Shown: in pieces, positions 28,363-39,461 of the stretch | How the letters are laid out: each line of letters starts with the position of its first letter | Numbering within the stretch: the first letter of the stretch is position 1 | DNA from: Candidatus Hydrogenedens sp. | Lineage (GTDB): Bacteria > Hydrogenedentota > Hydrogenedentia > Hydrogenedentales > Hydrogenedentaceae | Assembly: GCA_049968235.1 (NCBI GenBank) | Contig: JBMFRC010000011.1 | Location: forward strand, 35,251-99,250 | Direction: 5' to 3' | DNA length: 64,000 nt | The notes under the pieces: generated by a model | Databases searched by the model: none | What the model was told of the DNA's origin: nothing | The model's input: only the letters and a program-made list of their open reading frames with translations | Program-made: the position numbers and the translations under genes

Positions 28363-29613
28363 ATGGGTAACTTTCGTTTAGGATTTATTGGTGCTGGATT
28401 TATCGCCCGTTTTCAAACAAAAGCATTACAAAGTGTACGTGGTGTAGAACTTGCAGGTGTTTATGCTCTCAAAGGGGCAGGAGAACTTTCCTCCTTAGCA
28501 AAACGGTTAGGCGTCGGCGATTGTAAAGTTTATAAGAACATTAAAGACCTTTGTGAAAATGTAGATGCGGTTGCAATATTTGCTCCGAATTTTGCGAGGA
28601 TAGAAATTATGCAAAAAATTGCTGAGGCAGTTAAGGCAGGAGCAAATATTAAGGGAATTATTTGTGAAAAACCTTTGGGAAGAACTGTAAAAGAGGCAAT
28701 GGAGTTAGTAAATATTGCAAAGTCAACAAAATTGCCAACAGCCTATTTTGAGAATCAACTTCATATGAAAGCAATCCGCAGTCAGAAAATGCAATTAGCC
28801 TCGGTGGAAGAAGTCATGGGACCTATAGCCCTGGCTCGTTCTTCCGAAGAACATTCCGGACCGCATGAAGGTTGGTTCTGGGACCCAACAAGACAGGGAG
28901 GCGGTGTCCTCTGTGATATGGGTTGCCATAGTATTGCCTGTTGTTGGTATGTGTTAACTCCTCAGGGGAAACCTGTGAATTATTTAAAACCTATTCGTGT
29001 ATCCGCAGAGGTGGGTTTGTTAAAATGGGGATTACCCCAATGGAGAAAATACCTGTTAAAAAGGACAGGGGTAGATTATAGCAAGACCCCGGGAGAAGAT
29101 TTTGCTACTGGCATAGTTACCTTCCAGAACCCTAAAACGGGACAAATTGTTAAAGGGCAGTTCACAAATTCATGGATGTATGACAAACAGGGACTACGAT
29201 TAATGATGGATGGATTAGGTCCTGGATATGCATTCGAGTTTAATTCACAAATGTCATCCTTGCAAGTATTCATTGGTGACTCGGCAGCGGAAGCCGTTGC
29301 CGATGCAGAATCAGCATTAGAAAAATCAACAGCAAGTCGCGGATTGTTAATTGTTGAACCTAACGAACCTGATTTGTATGGATATGTGGATGAGATATGT
29401 GATGCAGTAAACTCCTTCCAAAAGGGAAAAGATGCCTTCCTGAATTTTGAATATGGACTGGAAATAACCAAATTATGCCAGGCAAGTTACATGTCTGCAG
29501 AACAGAAACGCGTAATTGACCTGACAGATAAAAATATTCAGAAAGAGTTAGAAAATTATGTATCATTAATAGCTCAGGGTAAAGGAAGAGAAGTTCTACA
29601 AGTATTAGAATAA
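28363..29613 (+). CDS. Gfo/Idh/MocA family oxidoreductase
   Basis: MGNFRLGFIGAGFIARFQ Rossmann motif, EKP motif (CEKPLG), 416 aa. RBS GGAAAGGAG. Confidence 0.7.
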   Translation: MGNFRLGFIGAGFIARFQTKALQSVRGVELAGVYALKGAGELSSLAKRLGVGDCKVYKNIKDLCENVDAVAIFAPNFARIEIMQKIAEAVKAGANIKGIICEKPLGRTVKEAMELVNIAKSTKLPTAYFENQLHMKAIRSQKMQLASVEEVMGPIALARSSEEHSGPHEGWFWDPTRQGGGVLCDMGCHSIACCWYVLTPQGKPVNYLKPIRVSAEVGLLKWGLPQWRKYLLKRTGVDYSKTPGEDFATGIVTFQNPKTGQIVKGQFTNSWMYDKQGLRLMMDGLGPGYAFEFNSQMSSLQVFIGDSAAEAVADAESALEKSTASRGLLIVEPNEPDLYGYVDEICDAVNSFQKGKDAFLNFEYGLEITKLCQASYMSAEQKRVIDLTDKNIQKELENYVSLIAQGKGREVLQVLE

Positions 29614-29636
29614 ATTATAAAATATGTATCCATCCA

Positions 29637-29672
29637 ATAAATCGGAGTTTGCAACTCCGATTTATTGTTTTT
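29637..29672 (+). terminator. rho-independent terminator after the oxidoreductase gene
   Basis: Inverted repeat AAATCGGAGTT (loop TGC) AACTCCGATTT followed by ATTGTTTTT. Confidence 0.6.
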
Positions 29673-29758
29673 ATACCAAATTTTCATGCTTATGATCTTT
29701 TTATGTTAAAATATATTTGGTATTATTTTATCTAATACATAAAGCAAGGATATTTTGG

Positions 29759-32700
29759 ATGAAAGATTTATCTCTAATTTATAAGATGATAGGTAAAAAA
29801 AATTCGTATTCTTTTCTTTTTTCATTATTAATTTTTTTCTTTTTATTTATTTGTTCGGGATTTTCAGAAGTAAATACGGGGCAAAAAACCGTAGAAAAAC
29901 AGGGGATATTAAACATTACTCAAAGTCTCTCACAAAATCCGGATTGTGCTATAGATTCTTTTCTTGATGTAACTGTTGAGTTAACATACACAGGAGAAGA
30001 CCCCCTACTCACATTAGGTCTAAGGGAAATAGTGCCAGAAGGACTTGTTTACGAAGAGATTATAAGTGGTTCCGCACCTCCACTCCAACCTTCAAGAGGG
30101 GCTTTTGGAACCTTAGAATTTGGTTGGATTTTTGTTCCCTCTTTTCCAGCCTCTTTTACGTTTCGTTTAAGATTTGCACAACCTATTAGTGGTAATCAAT
30201 TTATTACAGGAATTGGTATTTTTGCATCATTTGGAGACCCTCAGGAAACTGAACCTGTCATTTCCTACTTTGACTGTCCAACTATTGAAGGTCAAACCGA
30301 AGGAGAAGGGATAGTCGAAGGTGAGGGGCAAATTGAAGGAGAGGGAATAATCGAAGGAGAAGGGAGCATAGAAACAGTATATTTAAATATATCATCAAAA
30401 TCAGGAGATATATATGCTCCCGAACAAGAAATGGAATTTGAAGTTAATATTTCGTATTTAAATCCTCTGGAAATCACTGCCTTAGGAGCAACGGTATTTT
30501 TGCCTGAGTATTGGCAATTTGTTAAATTTACTGCGGGTTCTCCTCCGCCTATTTATTATTTCGATACGGAAACAGGGAAAGCAGAATTTGCATGGATATT
30601 TCTTCCATCTGGAGGAATTACTTTTTCCTTTTCTGTCCTTGTTTCGCCTGAAACAGAGGGTATTCAGGAAATATCCGGTTATGGGATATATAGAACAACG
30701 GGAGAACCAATCACCACAACTATTTCGAAAATATATTTAACACCTGTCCCCAAACCAGACCTTACTTTGCTTTCGGGAATAGTTACACCGTCAAACCCTT
30801 TTTCCCAGGGGATTATATCAATTAACTACACGGCAAAGAATACAGGTTTTGTAAATATTGACAACAAAAGTTGGAGTGATTGTTTTTACTTATCTAATGA
30901 TGAATGGCTTGATGAAACAGATGTTGAAATAACCTGTATCACCAATAATACTTCTGTTGCGGTTGGCGGACAATATTCAAATTCATTAAAAGCAAAATTA
31001 CCTTCTTCTGCATTTGGAAATATGTATCTTCTTGCTTACCTAAATAAGACAAAGACTATTTATGAAGAATCAAGGGACAATAATGTTGGGGTTATAGGAA
31101 TTATTCAAATACAAGCCAGAGAATATGATTTTCGACTAACTACAGGTATAACAGAAGAGGATGTAGGCACACCTATTCCTATCAAAATATATGCGTATAA
31201 TCCTGAAACCCTACAACCTGCTGTAAATAAACAAATCGTTTTGCAAATTGCTCATCGAGGATTCTCAAAAACTTACACTTTCACTACTGACCAGAATGGG
31301 GAAATAAATTATACATATTTCCCTATATCCAACACAGAAGGAGGGATATATAGCATATCTATCAGAGACCCAAGGGAAGAAGATTATCCTATTACTGAAG
31401 AAGTCTTATTGCGAGGACTTGCGATAACCCCCTCCCACTATTTTCTTGAGGTTATACCTAACAAAACATATACCATTCCCTTTAATATTATCAATTTAGG
31501 GGATACGGAAGAAAAGCAATTATCATTCATGATAACAGGAATACCTCCTGATTGGAATTATGATTATGTTATTCCTTCCTCAATACAGGGACAATCTAAA
31601 GAAACTTGTAAACTTATCCTTTATTCCAAGCCAACAACACAGAATAGCTTCCCTATAATGCTTAATTTACAAAGTAATTCAAAAACTCTTGCAACCGCTC
31701 AATATGATATTCTACCCAAACCCTATCAAACGGTAATAACATCTATTCCTGAAGAGGTTTCTTTACCTTTACTTCTCGAGAAAACTCAGTTTTATACGAT
31801 AGAACTAAAAAATCAAGGAGGAAAAGATTCAGGACCCGCTCGAATACAAATCGAACCTGAAAACCCGAATATTCATTTAGTTACTCCAAACACAGTTTAC
31901 AATATTCCAGCAGGTTCAAGTTATTTCGTTTCATTACAGGTAGGAATCCCATTTATAGAAATTCCAGAACCTATAGAGACATCCCTATCTATTCGTTTTG
32001 AATCGGGATTAAATGTGAGCATTCCTATAAAAGTTATTGAGGATACGACAAAAAGTTTAACAATAAATGTATTTAACAAATATACGAATGAAGCTATCCA
32101 TAATGCTTCCGTTTCTATCGTTAGTGAAACAGGTATTCTTTCTACTTCTCAAATCAATAATGATGGAATAGTTGAAGTTAATAATCTACCTGAACCTCCT
32201 TTTTCTATTGTAATACTAAGTGAGGGATTTGAAAGCCAGACCTATTTTATATCAAATTTAAAGAGCAATCACGAAATGATTGATATTTATTTAGAACCGT
32301 TCTTATCTAAACAATTCTGGTCTTACACAATCGATAATAATCAGAAGCTATATCTACTATCAGTATCCAATAGTTCTGCTCTTGAACCAGACAACACTTC
32401 TGTATTAACAATATCGCCAGGTTATATTCCTTTTATTACAACAGAAATATCTCATAATTCTACACTTTCCATTACCAATCAAGGGATTAAACCTTTATAT
32501 GATGTTTATTTATATCCATTCCAAACTGACTTATTAAATATACAGTATCCTGTTCAATACTTAGGAACAATAGAACCGCAATCTTCTGTTAATATTCCTG
32601 TCCTTTCACAGATATCAGAATCATTTGATTTTGATTCCTCGTGTTCTTCATCGATCTTGACGGGTATCATTTTTTCGGAACAAACTAACAATTCGGATAT

Positions 32701-35700
32701 ATCCCAATTTATGGTAATGCCTTTATGGAATACAGAAGTTTTATGTCCGGATTTTACTCCTATCTATGGGGATTTTTATCAAATAAATAGAATAAATCCT
32801 GATACAACCATTGTTCCAGTAAACATTCAAATATCCCTGCCAGATAATCAATCCAATCAAAATGTACCTATTCTTTCCTACGCAACCGGGCAAATGACCT
32901 TAGCCACAGGAGAAATTCTACCCATTGTAATGAAAACTGCTACTCGGACAGGGCTTTATGAGCAAATAGATATTCAATGGCAAATTCATAATGCGGAAAA
33001 CAATGAGGATATAACTTCTCTATTCCAGATATTTGAATTATCTAATTTTGAGAAAACAGATTTGTTTAATAATATAGAGAAAAAACAATGGTTACTTTAT
33101 CCCTTGCATGAATTTTGGGAAAACCCGATATCGGAAATTCGATTATTCGCACAAATTCATATTATTTCATTACTGGGGACATGGGATATATCCTCTCCCC
33201 CGCTACCTTTGAAGATTCTTTCACAACCTATACTTATGGAACATATATTTGCTCCTCAAATTCACGAATTGCAAATTTCTTCCAGTGCGGATAACTCAGG
33301 AGAAACGGTTCTACCTTTAGCGATTCTTATTTCTCCAACAGATAATATTAATCTCCCTATAAAATTTGAATGGGAGAATATTCAATATTTACATGAAACA
33401 GGAAATATTGCTTCCTTATCCTTAATCCAAACGGCAATAAATGGAATAGGAACGCAATATCAACAAATCACATATAACAACATTTCTTTGCAGAAAGAAA
33501 AAACCAACTCTTATTTGTGGTACTTTTTATCTCCACCTCTTTCAAATAAATGGCAGTTAGTTTCTCGATGGACTTACAAAGACAATAAGGGTACTCTTTT
33601 ACCCCTTATTACCAGGGAACAATATCATGATTTACTGCATACTATTGAAGTTACAGGAGAAAATGCTTCAATAACAACTGGATTACTTAGTAATGATGAT
33701 AATGATGAACAGAGAATACCTGATATTATCTATTTGCCGGATGGAAAAACCTTAAGTATATCTACACCCTCCAATCCTATCTGGGTGTCTATAAATAATT
33801 CCCACAGAGAATATGGTATTGTCTATAGTTCTTCACAACAGTCTGATTATGTTTATTTGCATTCCAATTTTCCGGAGGATGTTCCTGAAGATGCCGTTAT
33901 CCTCCGTATCCTTAGAAGCGATTCAACTGTTATTCCATCTGCCAATTATTGGGTTAGTAAATCTATGAATATGAGTCATAAACATGACCCTGTAAAACCT
34001 TCCTTACATTTTGTTGATAAATCGGGCTACAACTCATATATTGTGGAATTTCAATCCGAATCGTTAGAGAATAAGCCTCCTATCGCTAATGCAGGAGAGG
34101 ACATAACAAATGTATATCGTCCCTCATCTATAACTCTTGACGGGTCTGGGTCCTATGACCCGAATGGAGACCGAATTAATTATTCATGGCGTCTTATCAG
34201 CAAACCTCTTGAGAGTTTTGAATATCTAAGAAACGCAGATACAGCAAATCCCATTTTAATTCCAGACCTTCCCGGAACTTATATTGCACAACTTATTGTT
34301 TCTGATGGTTTTGCTCAAAGTGAACCCGATACGGTTGTTATTGAAGTTGTTAATCGTTTACCGGAGATTGTAATTAATGCTCAACAAAAAGCAAGACCTC
34401 GCGATATCGTTGTCTTAGATGCATCATCCGTAGTAGACCCTGATGGAGATGAAATAGAATTTTTATGGAAACTGGCAACCAAACCCGATGGTAGTCGTGT
34501 ATCACTACAGGGAGTTTTTAATAATACAATAACAATTACACCGGATGTATTGGGTCAATATGAATTTATCTTATACATATCAGATGGCTTTGACAACTCA
34601 TTTGCCCATTGGAAATTAGATGTTTACAACCATCTCCCTGAAATTGCAATCGGGTTTCCACCGACTGTTTATTTAAATACAAATGTATCTATTTCTGCAC
34701 GGGATACTTTTGATATTGACAACGACCCATTATCTTATCAATGGAGATTGGTTTCTGCACCGGTGGGAAGCAATACAATACTTAGTTCTTTTACTCAGCC
34801 CGAAACCAGTTTTGTATCCGATAAAAGAGGCACTTATACATTAAAACTTGAAGTTTTTGATACTTATGAAAAAACAGACAAGACAATTTCTTTACAATGT
34901 GTTAATAGGAAACCTCAAACAATTGTAAATCCCAGTGCTATTGAAGTTCCACATGGTAAAACGGTTATTTTCGATGCTACGCAAAGTTCAGATTTAGATA
35001 ATGACCCACTCACTTTTAATTGGGGACTTCTTTCCCGTCCTATATTAAGTAGTGCGGAAATTTATTTAATTCAAAACAATATAGCTGGGTTAAAAACAGA
35101 CGCACCTGGAAAATATAGTGTAACCTTACAAATAAACGATGGATTTGAATCGGGTGAGATAGTAATATCTCAAATCACAGCAACCAATAATCCTCCAGAG
35201 ATACAATGTCCGGAACAACCTATTCCAGGTTCAGTAGGACAACCTTTAACAATACTATTACCCGAAATAAATGACCCGGAACAGGACCCTATCACATATT
35301 CATGGGAAATTATTTCAAAACCAGTAGAAAGTATGATAGGTCTCATTAACTCTGTAGAGCCTGCATTTACATTCACACCTGACCGTAAAGGAACTTATGA
35401 AATTCAAGTTATAATATCCGACGCATGGGGAGGTAATACATCTTGTGTTATTACAACAGAAATTACCAATCAACGCCCTGTGGCGGTAATTCAATCCGAG
35501 ACGCAGAGTTTTATAAATACTCCTGTATCTCTATCAGCAGAAAGTAGTTATGACCCGGATGGGGATGTTATAAAAGATTATCAATGGACAATTATCAGCA
35601 AACCACAGGGAAGTTTTGCTCAATTGTCCAACCCTACAGGTGTTACAACACAACTGATTCCTGACAAACACGGCAATTATCAGGTGCAACTTCAAATTTA

Positions 35701-37576
35701 TGATGGTAATATGTGGAGTAATCCTGCCATAACAACAATCACCACGGAAAACCGTCCACCTGTAATAACTGTCATTGCATCTGAATATCTTGAAATTGGG
35801 GCTTCTAATGTTTTAGATGCTTCTTTAAGTTATGACCCGGATGGAGATGAGCTTTCCTTTAACTGGAAACTTATCGATAAGCCCAAACAAAGTAAAACGG
35901 AATTAAATAGCGATAACGAATCTATTTGTTCCTTTATACCCGATTATCCAGGATACTATTCTATTGAATTACTTGTCTCAGACCCATATTCTTCTGTATC
36001 TCGTTCCGAAATCGTTCTCCGAACCTTTAATCTTCCACCGATAGCAATCATATCTGCACCTCAAATAATAAAAGTGGGAGATGAAGTAGTATTAGATGGG
36101 ACAAACAGTTATGACCCGGATGGAGATTTGATTACATACCAATGGCAATTATCTTTTCGCCCTAATGATAGTCAAACTACTTTAAGTTCATTAACAGAAC
36201 CTATAACACAATTGTATATTGATAAAGCGGGAACTTATACTATCGAACTTCAAGTCAACGATGGAAAAACGACATCGGATATAAGTACTATCTCCCTCTC
36301 AACAGGAAATGTTGCCCCTACTGCTGTCGTGGAAAAAGATAAAAATGCTGTTGTGGGAAGACCATGTTATCTCGATGCAAGCGCCAGTTTTGACCCTAAT
36401 AACGATGAGTTAGTTTACATCTGGACATTCATATCCCGACCTGATGGAAGTCAGGCAGAAATTTTTGAAACGAATTCCCCCAATCCTTACTTCATACCCG
36501 ATGTCGAAGGTAATTACGAAATACAATTAATTATTTCTGATGGGTACCTGTTTAGTAAACCTGTTGTTATCCGTATTAGTACCACAAACAATCCTCCAGT
36601 AGCACAATTAAAACAAGATGAGTTCCAAGTATATGTGGGGGATACTGTTATTATTGACGGTTCAGATAGTTATGACATAGATAATACTTCTATTTACTAT
36701 GAATGGATATTATTCTCAAAACCTGAAGATAGTAAACTCACAATTCAAAATGCTGACCAACCTATTATTACATTAAACATAGACAAAAAAGGGTTCTATC
36801 AGGGAACTCTTGTTGTTAATGATGGATTTTTAAGAAGTAATATAGTAAATTTCCAGATTACATGTATAAATCATCCTCCTATTGCTATTATCAAAGGACC
36901 TGAAACTGCATTTATTGGAGATACAATAACCCTGGATGGCTCGGATAGTTACGATTCTGACATGGATGTATCTGAATTAGGGTATAAGTGGTCTATTGTT
37001 TCGATGCCAACAGGGAGTTCTGTTACACTGTTAAATCCAAACTTAAAAGTTATTAATTTTATGGTGGACATAGACGGAGTTTATGAATTTCAACTTATTG
37101 TAAATGACCAGGAAACCGATAGTAGCCCCGTAACTCACAAGATAATTACAACCTGTAATAAACCTGCACATCCATCAGGGGTTTATGCAACCGATGGAAT
37201 TTACCCTGACAGGATATTTATTTCATGGAATTCTTCACCGGGGGCTGTGGAATATCGTGTTTATAGAAATGATGAAGATAACCTTGCCTCTGCCGTCCCT
37301 ATATCACCATGGACAGGTAACCTTTATTATGAAGACACAATAACTATAGATGTTCCGGAACCCAGTAAAACTGCTTGTGGATGTTCTGCTAATTGCAATG
37401 AAATGTGCAATCCTCTGGAAACAACCATAACGAAATTTTATTGGGTCATTGCAAGAATTAATGAAAACTGCGTCAGCGAATTTAGTAATTCGGAAAGTGG
37501 TTCTATTACGGTTTCTTCTTCCAATCAAAAGTTACCGAACTTTATTTGCAATATTTTAAGAATTTTCATGAAGTAA
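29759..37576 (+). CDS. giant (about 2600 aa) secreted/cell-surface protein: N-terminal EGEG-x-xEG acidic repeat, beta-rich regions, 11 tandem approx. 95-aa Ig-like (PKD/cadherin-like) domains, FN3-like domain, Cys-rich C-terminus
   Basis: Start at MKDLSLIYKMIGKKNSYSFLFSLLIFFFLFICSGFSE (signal-peptide-like; AAGGAT RBS 8 nt upstream). EGEGIVEGEGQIEGEGIIEGEGSIE repeat. Eleven repeats sharing (P/L)P.(I/A).(I/A)...........V.LD(G/A)S.S.DPDGD.(L/I).(Y/F).W.L.S.P..S...L........F.PD..G.Y...L.V.DG. C-terminal GAVEYRVYRNDED FN3-like segment and CGCSANCNEMCNP. Confidence 0.7.
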   Translation: MKDLSLIYKMIGKKNSYSFLFSLLIFFFLFICSGFSEVNTGQKTVEKQGILNITQSLSQNPDCAIDSFLDVTVELTYTGEDPLLTLGLREIVPEGLVYEEIISGSAPPLQPSRGAFGTLEFGWIFVPSFPASFTFRLRFAQPISGNQFITGIGIFASFGDPQETEPVISYFDCPTIEGQTEGEGIVEGEGQIEGEGIIEGEGSIETVYLNISSKSGDIYAPEQEMEFEVNISYLNPLEITALGATVFLPEYWQFVKFTAGSPPPIYYFDTETGKAEFAWIFLPSGGITFSFSVLVSPETEGIQEISGYGIYRTTGEPITTTISKIYLTPVPKPDLTLLSGIVTPSNPFSQGIISINYTAKNTGFVNIDNKSWSDCFYLSNDEWLDETDVEITCITNNTSVAVGGQYSNSLKAKLPSSAFGNMYLLAYLNKTKTIYEESRDNNVGVIGIIQIQAREYDFRLTTGITEEDVGTPIPIKIYAYNPETLQPAVNKQIVLQIAHRGFSKTYTFTTDQNGEINYTYFPISNTEGGIYSISIRDPREEDYPITEEVLLRGLAITPSHYFLEVIPNKTYTIPFNIINLGDTEEKQLSFMITGIPPDWNYDYVIPSSIQGQSKETCKLILYSKPTTQNSFPIMLNLQSNSKTLATAQYDILPKPYQTVITSIPEEVSLPLLLEKTQFYTIELKNQGGKDSGPARIQIEPENPNIHLVTPNTVYNIPAGSSYFVSLQVGIPFIEIPEPIETSLSIRFESGLNVSIPIKVIEDTTKSLTINVFNKYTNEAIHNASVSIVSETGILSTSQINNDGIVEVNNLPEPPFSIVILSEGFESQTYFISNLKSNHEMIDIYLEPFLSKQFWSYTIDNNQKLYLLSVSNSSALEPDNTSVLTISPGYIPFITTEISHNSTLSITNQGIKPLYDVYLYPFQTDLLNIQYPVQYLGTIEPQSSVNIPVLSQISESFDFDSSCSSSILTGIIFSEQTNNSDISQFMVMPLWNTEVLCPDFTPIYGDFYQINRINPDTTIVPVNIQISLPDNQSNQNVPILSYATGQMTLATGEILPIVMKTATRTGLYEQIDIQWQIHNAENNEDITSLFQIFELSNFEKTDLFNNIEKKQWLLYPLHEFWENPISEIRLFAQIHIISLLGTWDISSPPLPLKILSQPILMEHIFAPQIHELQISSSADNSGETVLPLAILISPTDNINLPIKFEWENIQYLHETGNIASLSLIQTAINGIGTQYQQITYNNISLQKEKTNSYLWYFLSPPLSNKWQLVSRWTYKDNKGTLLPLITREQYHDLLHTIEVTGENASITTGLLSNDDNDEQRIPDIIYLPDGKTLSISTPSNPIWVSINNSHREYGIVYSSSQQSDYVYLHSNFPEDVPEDAVILRILRSDSTVIPSANYWVSKSMNMSHKHDPVKPSLHFVDKSGYNSYIVEFQSESLENKPPIANAGEDITNVYRPSSITLDGSGSYDPNGDRINYSWRLISKPLESFEYLRNADTANPILIPDLPGTYIAQLIVSDGFAQSEPDTVVIEVVNRLPEIVINAQQKARPRDIVVLDASSVVDPDGDEIEFLWKLATKPDGSRVSLQGVFNNTITITPDVLGQYEFILYISDGFDNSFAHWKLDVYNHLPEIAIGFPPTVYLNTNVSISARDTFDIDNDPLSYQWRLVSAPVGSNTILSSFTQPETSFVSDKRGTYTLKLEVFDTYEKTDKTISLQCVNRKPQTIVNPSAIEVPHGKTVIFDATQSSDLDNDPLTFNWGLLSRPILSSAEIYLIQNNIAGLKTDAPGKYSVTLQINDGFESGEIVISQITATNNPPEIQCPEQPIPGSVGQPLTILLPEINDPEQDPITYSWEIISKPVESMIGLINSVEPAFTFTPDRKGTYEIQVIISDAWGGNTSCVITTEITNQRPVAVIQSETQSFINTPVSLSAESSYDPDGDVIKDYQWTIISKPQGSFAQLSNPTGVTTQLIPDKHGNYQVQLQIYDGNMWSNPAITTITTENRPPVITVIASEYLEIGASNVLDASLSYDPDGDELSFNWKLIDKPKQSKTELNSDNESICSFIPDYPGYYSIELLVSDPYSSVSRSEIVLRTFNLPPIAIISAPQIIKVGDEVVLDGTNSYDPDGDLITYQWQLSFRPNDSQTTLSSLTEPITQLYIDKAGTYTIELQVNDGKTTSDISTISLSTGNVAPTAVVEKDKNAVVGRPCYLDASASFDPNNDELVYIWTFISRPDGSQAEIFETNSPNPYFIPDVEGNYEIQLIISDGYLFSKPVVIRISTTNNPPVAQLKQDEFQVYVGDTVIIDGSDSYDIDNTSIYYEWILFSKPEDSKLTIQNADQPIITLNIDKKGFYQGTLVVNDGFLRSNIVNFQITCINHPPIAIIKGPETAFIGDTITLDGSDSYDSDMDVSELGYKWSIVSMPTGSSVTLLNPNLKVINFMVDIDGVYEFQLIVNDQETDSSPVTHKIITTCNKPAHPSGVYATDGIYPDRIFISWNSSPGAVEYRVYRNDEDNLASAVPISPWTGNLYYEDTITIDVPEPSKTACGCSANCNEMCNPLETTITKFYWVIARINENCVSEFSNSESGSITVSSSNQKLPNFICNILRIFMK
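34076..37160 (+). repeat. 11 tandem, diverged coding repeats (about 285 nt each) encoding Ig-like domains
   Basis: Repeat starts at protein segments PPIANAGEDI, LPEIVINAQQ, LPEIAIGFPP, KPQTIVNPSA, PPEIQCPEQP, RPVAVIQSET, PPVITVIASE, PPIAIISAPQ, APTAVVEKDK, PPVAQLKQDE, PPIAIIKGPE. Copies are divergent at the protein level, so they are ancient rather than recent duplications. Confidence 0.7.
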
Positions 37577-37954
37577 TTTTAGTTATAGAGAATTTGATAG
37601 GCTTATAGTCTATATATTTTGGTAATGCGATATTAATTTCAATATAAAAAATGAGATGCAATAGATGAGTAAAAAGAGTCTGATATAATAGAAGAGATAA
37701 TTCTATACTTTGCCTATAAATCAGCAGAAAATACATCTCTTCTGGAATTAATTTCGAAGAACACGGATGGGATAAATGGGAAAAAAGTGTGTAGCAGGGA
37801 AAAATTTTTTAGGATATAGGTTAAAAAAAATTGTTCCTTTTATTTTTTGCAATGAGGTTTCTTTTATTGTTTATAATATAACTGTTAGATATTAAACTGT
37901 TTTAATAGAAGGTAAATTTATACGATTAAAGCAAGAGCAGGCAAAGGAAACCTT

Positions 37955-38560
37955 TTGTTAGGTATCGGAGCCACATTAATTTTGCGATTATTGGGGTGGA
38001 GAGTACAGGGACCGCCTCCTCCCTATCCGAAATATGTTGTGATTTTTGCTCCCCATACATCAAACTGGGATGGATTGGTAGGGATTTTGTGTAGTTTTGC
38101 ATTACGGGTTCGTGGAAACTGGCTGGGTAAAGGTTCATTATTCAAAGGTGTTTTTGGATGGTTTTTAAAAAAGATCGGAGGAATTCCTGTAGACCGTTCT
38201 ACACCCAACCGATTCGTAGAACAGGCTGAAGAACTTTTTGAAGGAAATGAACAGGTGGTCCTTGCAATTGCTCCTGAAGGGACAAGGGAATTCAGTAACC
38301 ATTGGAAAAGTGGTTTTTATCATATCGCCTATCATTCCAGAGTTCCTATTGTTCTCGGATTCTGGGATTATAGGACCAAAAGAGTTGGAAATTCCGGTAT
38401 TGCAGTAATGCCAACAGGAAATATTGAAGAAGATTTAAAGATTATTCGCGACACATATAATCAATTTTTACCGAAATATCCTGAATGTAGAAGCCTTGTT
38501 CAGTTCAAAGACACACAAATCCTGCAAATAAACAAAGCATCCCAACAAGACCGCAAATAA
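37955..38560 (+). CDS. PlsC-family (lysophospholipid/1-acylglycerol-3-phosphate-type) acyltransferase
   Basis: H-x4-D acyltransferase motif (FAPHTSNWDG), PEGTR motif (IAPEGTREFS), about 200 aa. Apparent TTG start, so the start is uncertain. Confidence 0.6.
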   Translation: MLGIGATLILRLLGWRVQGPPPPYPKYVVIFAPHTSNWDGLVGILCSFALRVRGNWLGKGSLFKGVFGWFLKKIGGIPVDRSTPNRFVEQAEELFEGNEQVVLAIAPEGTREFSNHWKSGFYHIAYHSRVPIVLGFWDYRTKRVGNSGIAVMPTGNIEEDLKIIRDTYNQFLPKYPECRSLVQFKDTQILQINKASQQDRK

Positions 38561-38640
38561 AAATTTGTAAAATTGCTATCATTTTTGTAATATTACTCAT
38601 AAACATAAAATTCAATAAAAACAATTAAAGGGTATGAGAT

Positions 38641-39441
38641 ATGGGAACATTATCCTGTCCTTTCTGCAAAACAAAACAAGGTAATATTCAAAACGACATT
38701 AAAGCCTCGATTTACTTAAAGGCGGTATTACCAACTCTTGTTGACCTCGTTCAGTTAGATAAACCTGCAAAAGATTTAATTAACTCTGTAAACGAGAAGA
38801 TACTCTTTTCGCTCCGAAATGGAGAAAAAACCTTTTTGAGGATTGAAAATGGAGAGATTTTATATTCTCCTGAAAAAAAGGATAATCCAACTATCCATAT
38901 TCTTCTTATAAGCCCGGAACATGCGGTTCAAGTTTTTGAACAAGGGAAACTTCCTTTCTTATTAAAAGGTTTTACACGAATTTCTTTTCTTAAGAAAAAT
39001 TTTGATGCTCTTACCAAACGATTGGAGTATTACTTAAAAGGTCCCCAAAGTTATACAGAAGAAGAGAAAAAAATATATGCGATACTTCAACTTAAAACCG
39101 CTCTTCGTTCTGCGGAAGTTCTTGCCGAAAAAGAGGAAGTATCTAAAAAGATACTTGCAGGTACACCTGAGGGCATATTAAAAGTAGCCATAGAAAGCAT
39201 TGATTTTGCTGTATATTTTGGGAAAGTAGACGGGAAATGGAGATATATAGACCAACTATCGGGACAGAAATTTAATTCGGTATTAAGCTTAAAGGACCTT
39301 GAAACAACAGAACTTTTGCTTACAAACAAACTGGATACATTTGCAGGTTTAGGATTAGGGAAAATTCATATTTCCGGCATTATACCCATTATTGATAATG
39401 TAGGACTGGTTTTAGGGCGTATTACTCAATATATTTCTTAA
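38641..39441 (+). CDS. hypothetical protein with two SCP2-like (sterol-carrier/lipid-binding-like) halves; paralog of 42628..43407
   Basis: Segments ...GKLPFLLKGFTRISF and ...LLLTNKLDTFAGLGLGKIHISG resemble the SCP2 C-terminal helix pattern (gkl.p..af..GklkieGd). Collinear similarity to the ORF at 42628 (AVLP(T/V)...ARNGE...GKL.LP.IKGF). Confidence 0.4.
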   Translation: MGTLSCPFCKTKQGNIQNDIKASIYLKAVLPTLVDLVQLDKPAKDLINSVNEKILFSLRNGEKTFLRIENGEILYSPEKKDNPTIHILLISPEHAVQVFEQGKLPFLLKGFTRISFLKKNFDALTKRLEYYLKGPQSYTEEEKKIYAILQLKTALRSAEVLAEKEEVSKKILAGTPEGILKVAIESIDFAVYFGKVDGKWRYIDQLSGQKFNSVLSLKDLETTELLLTNKLDTFAGLGLGKIHISGIIPIIDNVGLVLGRITQYIS

Positions 39442-39461
39442 ATCATAAAGGAGTTGTATTT

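Noticed and set aside
37577-37954. 378-nt non-coding gap after the giant gene as a possible ncRNA or small-protein locus
   Set aside because: Only a 44-codon AT-rich ORF without an RBS; no convincing stem-loops or conserved-looking structure. More likely an AT-rich promoter or spacer region.
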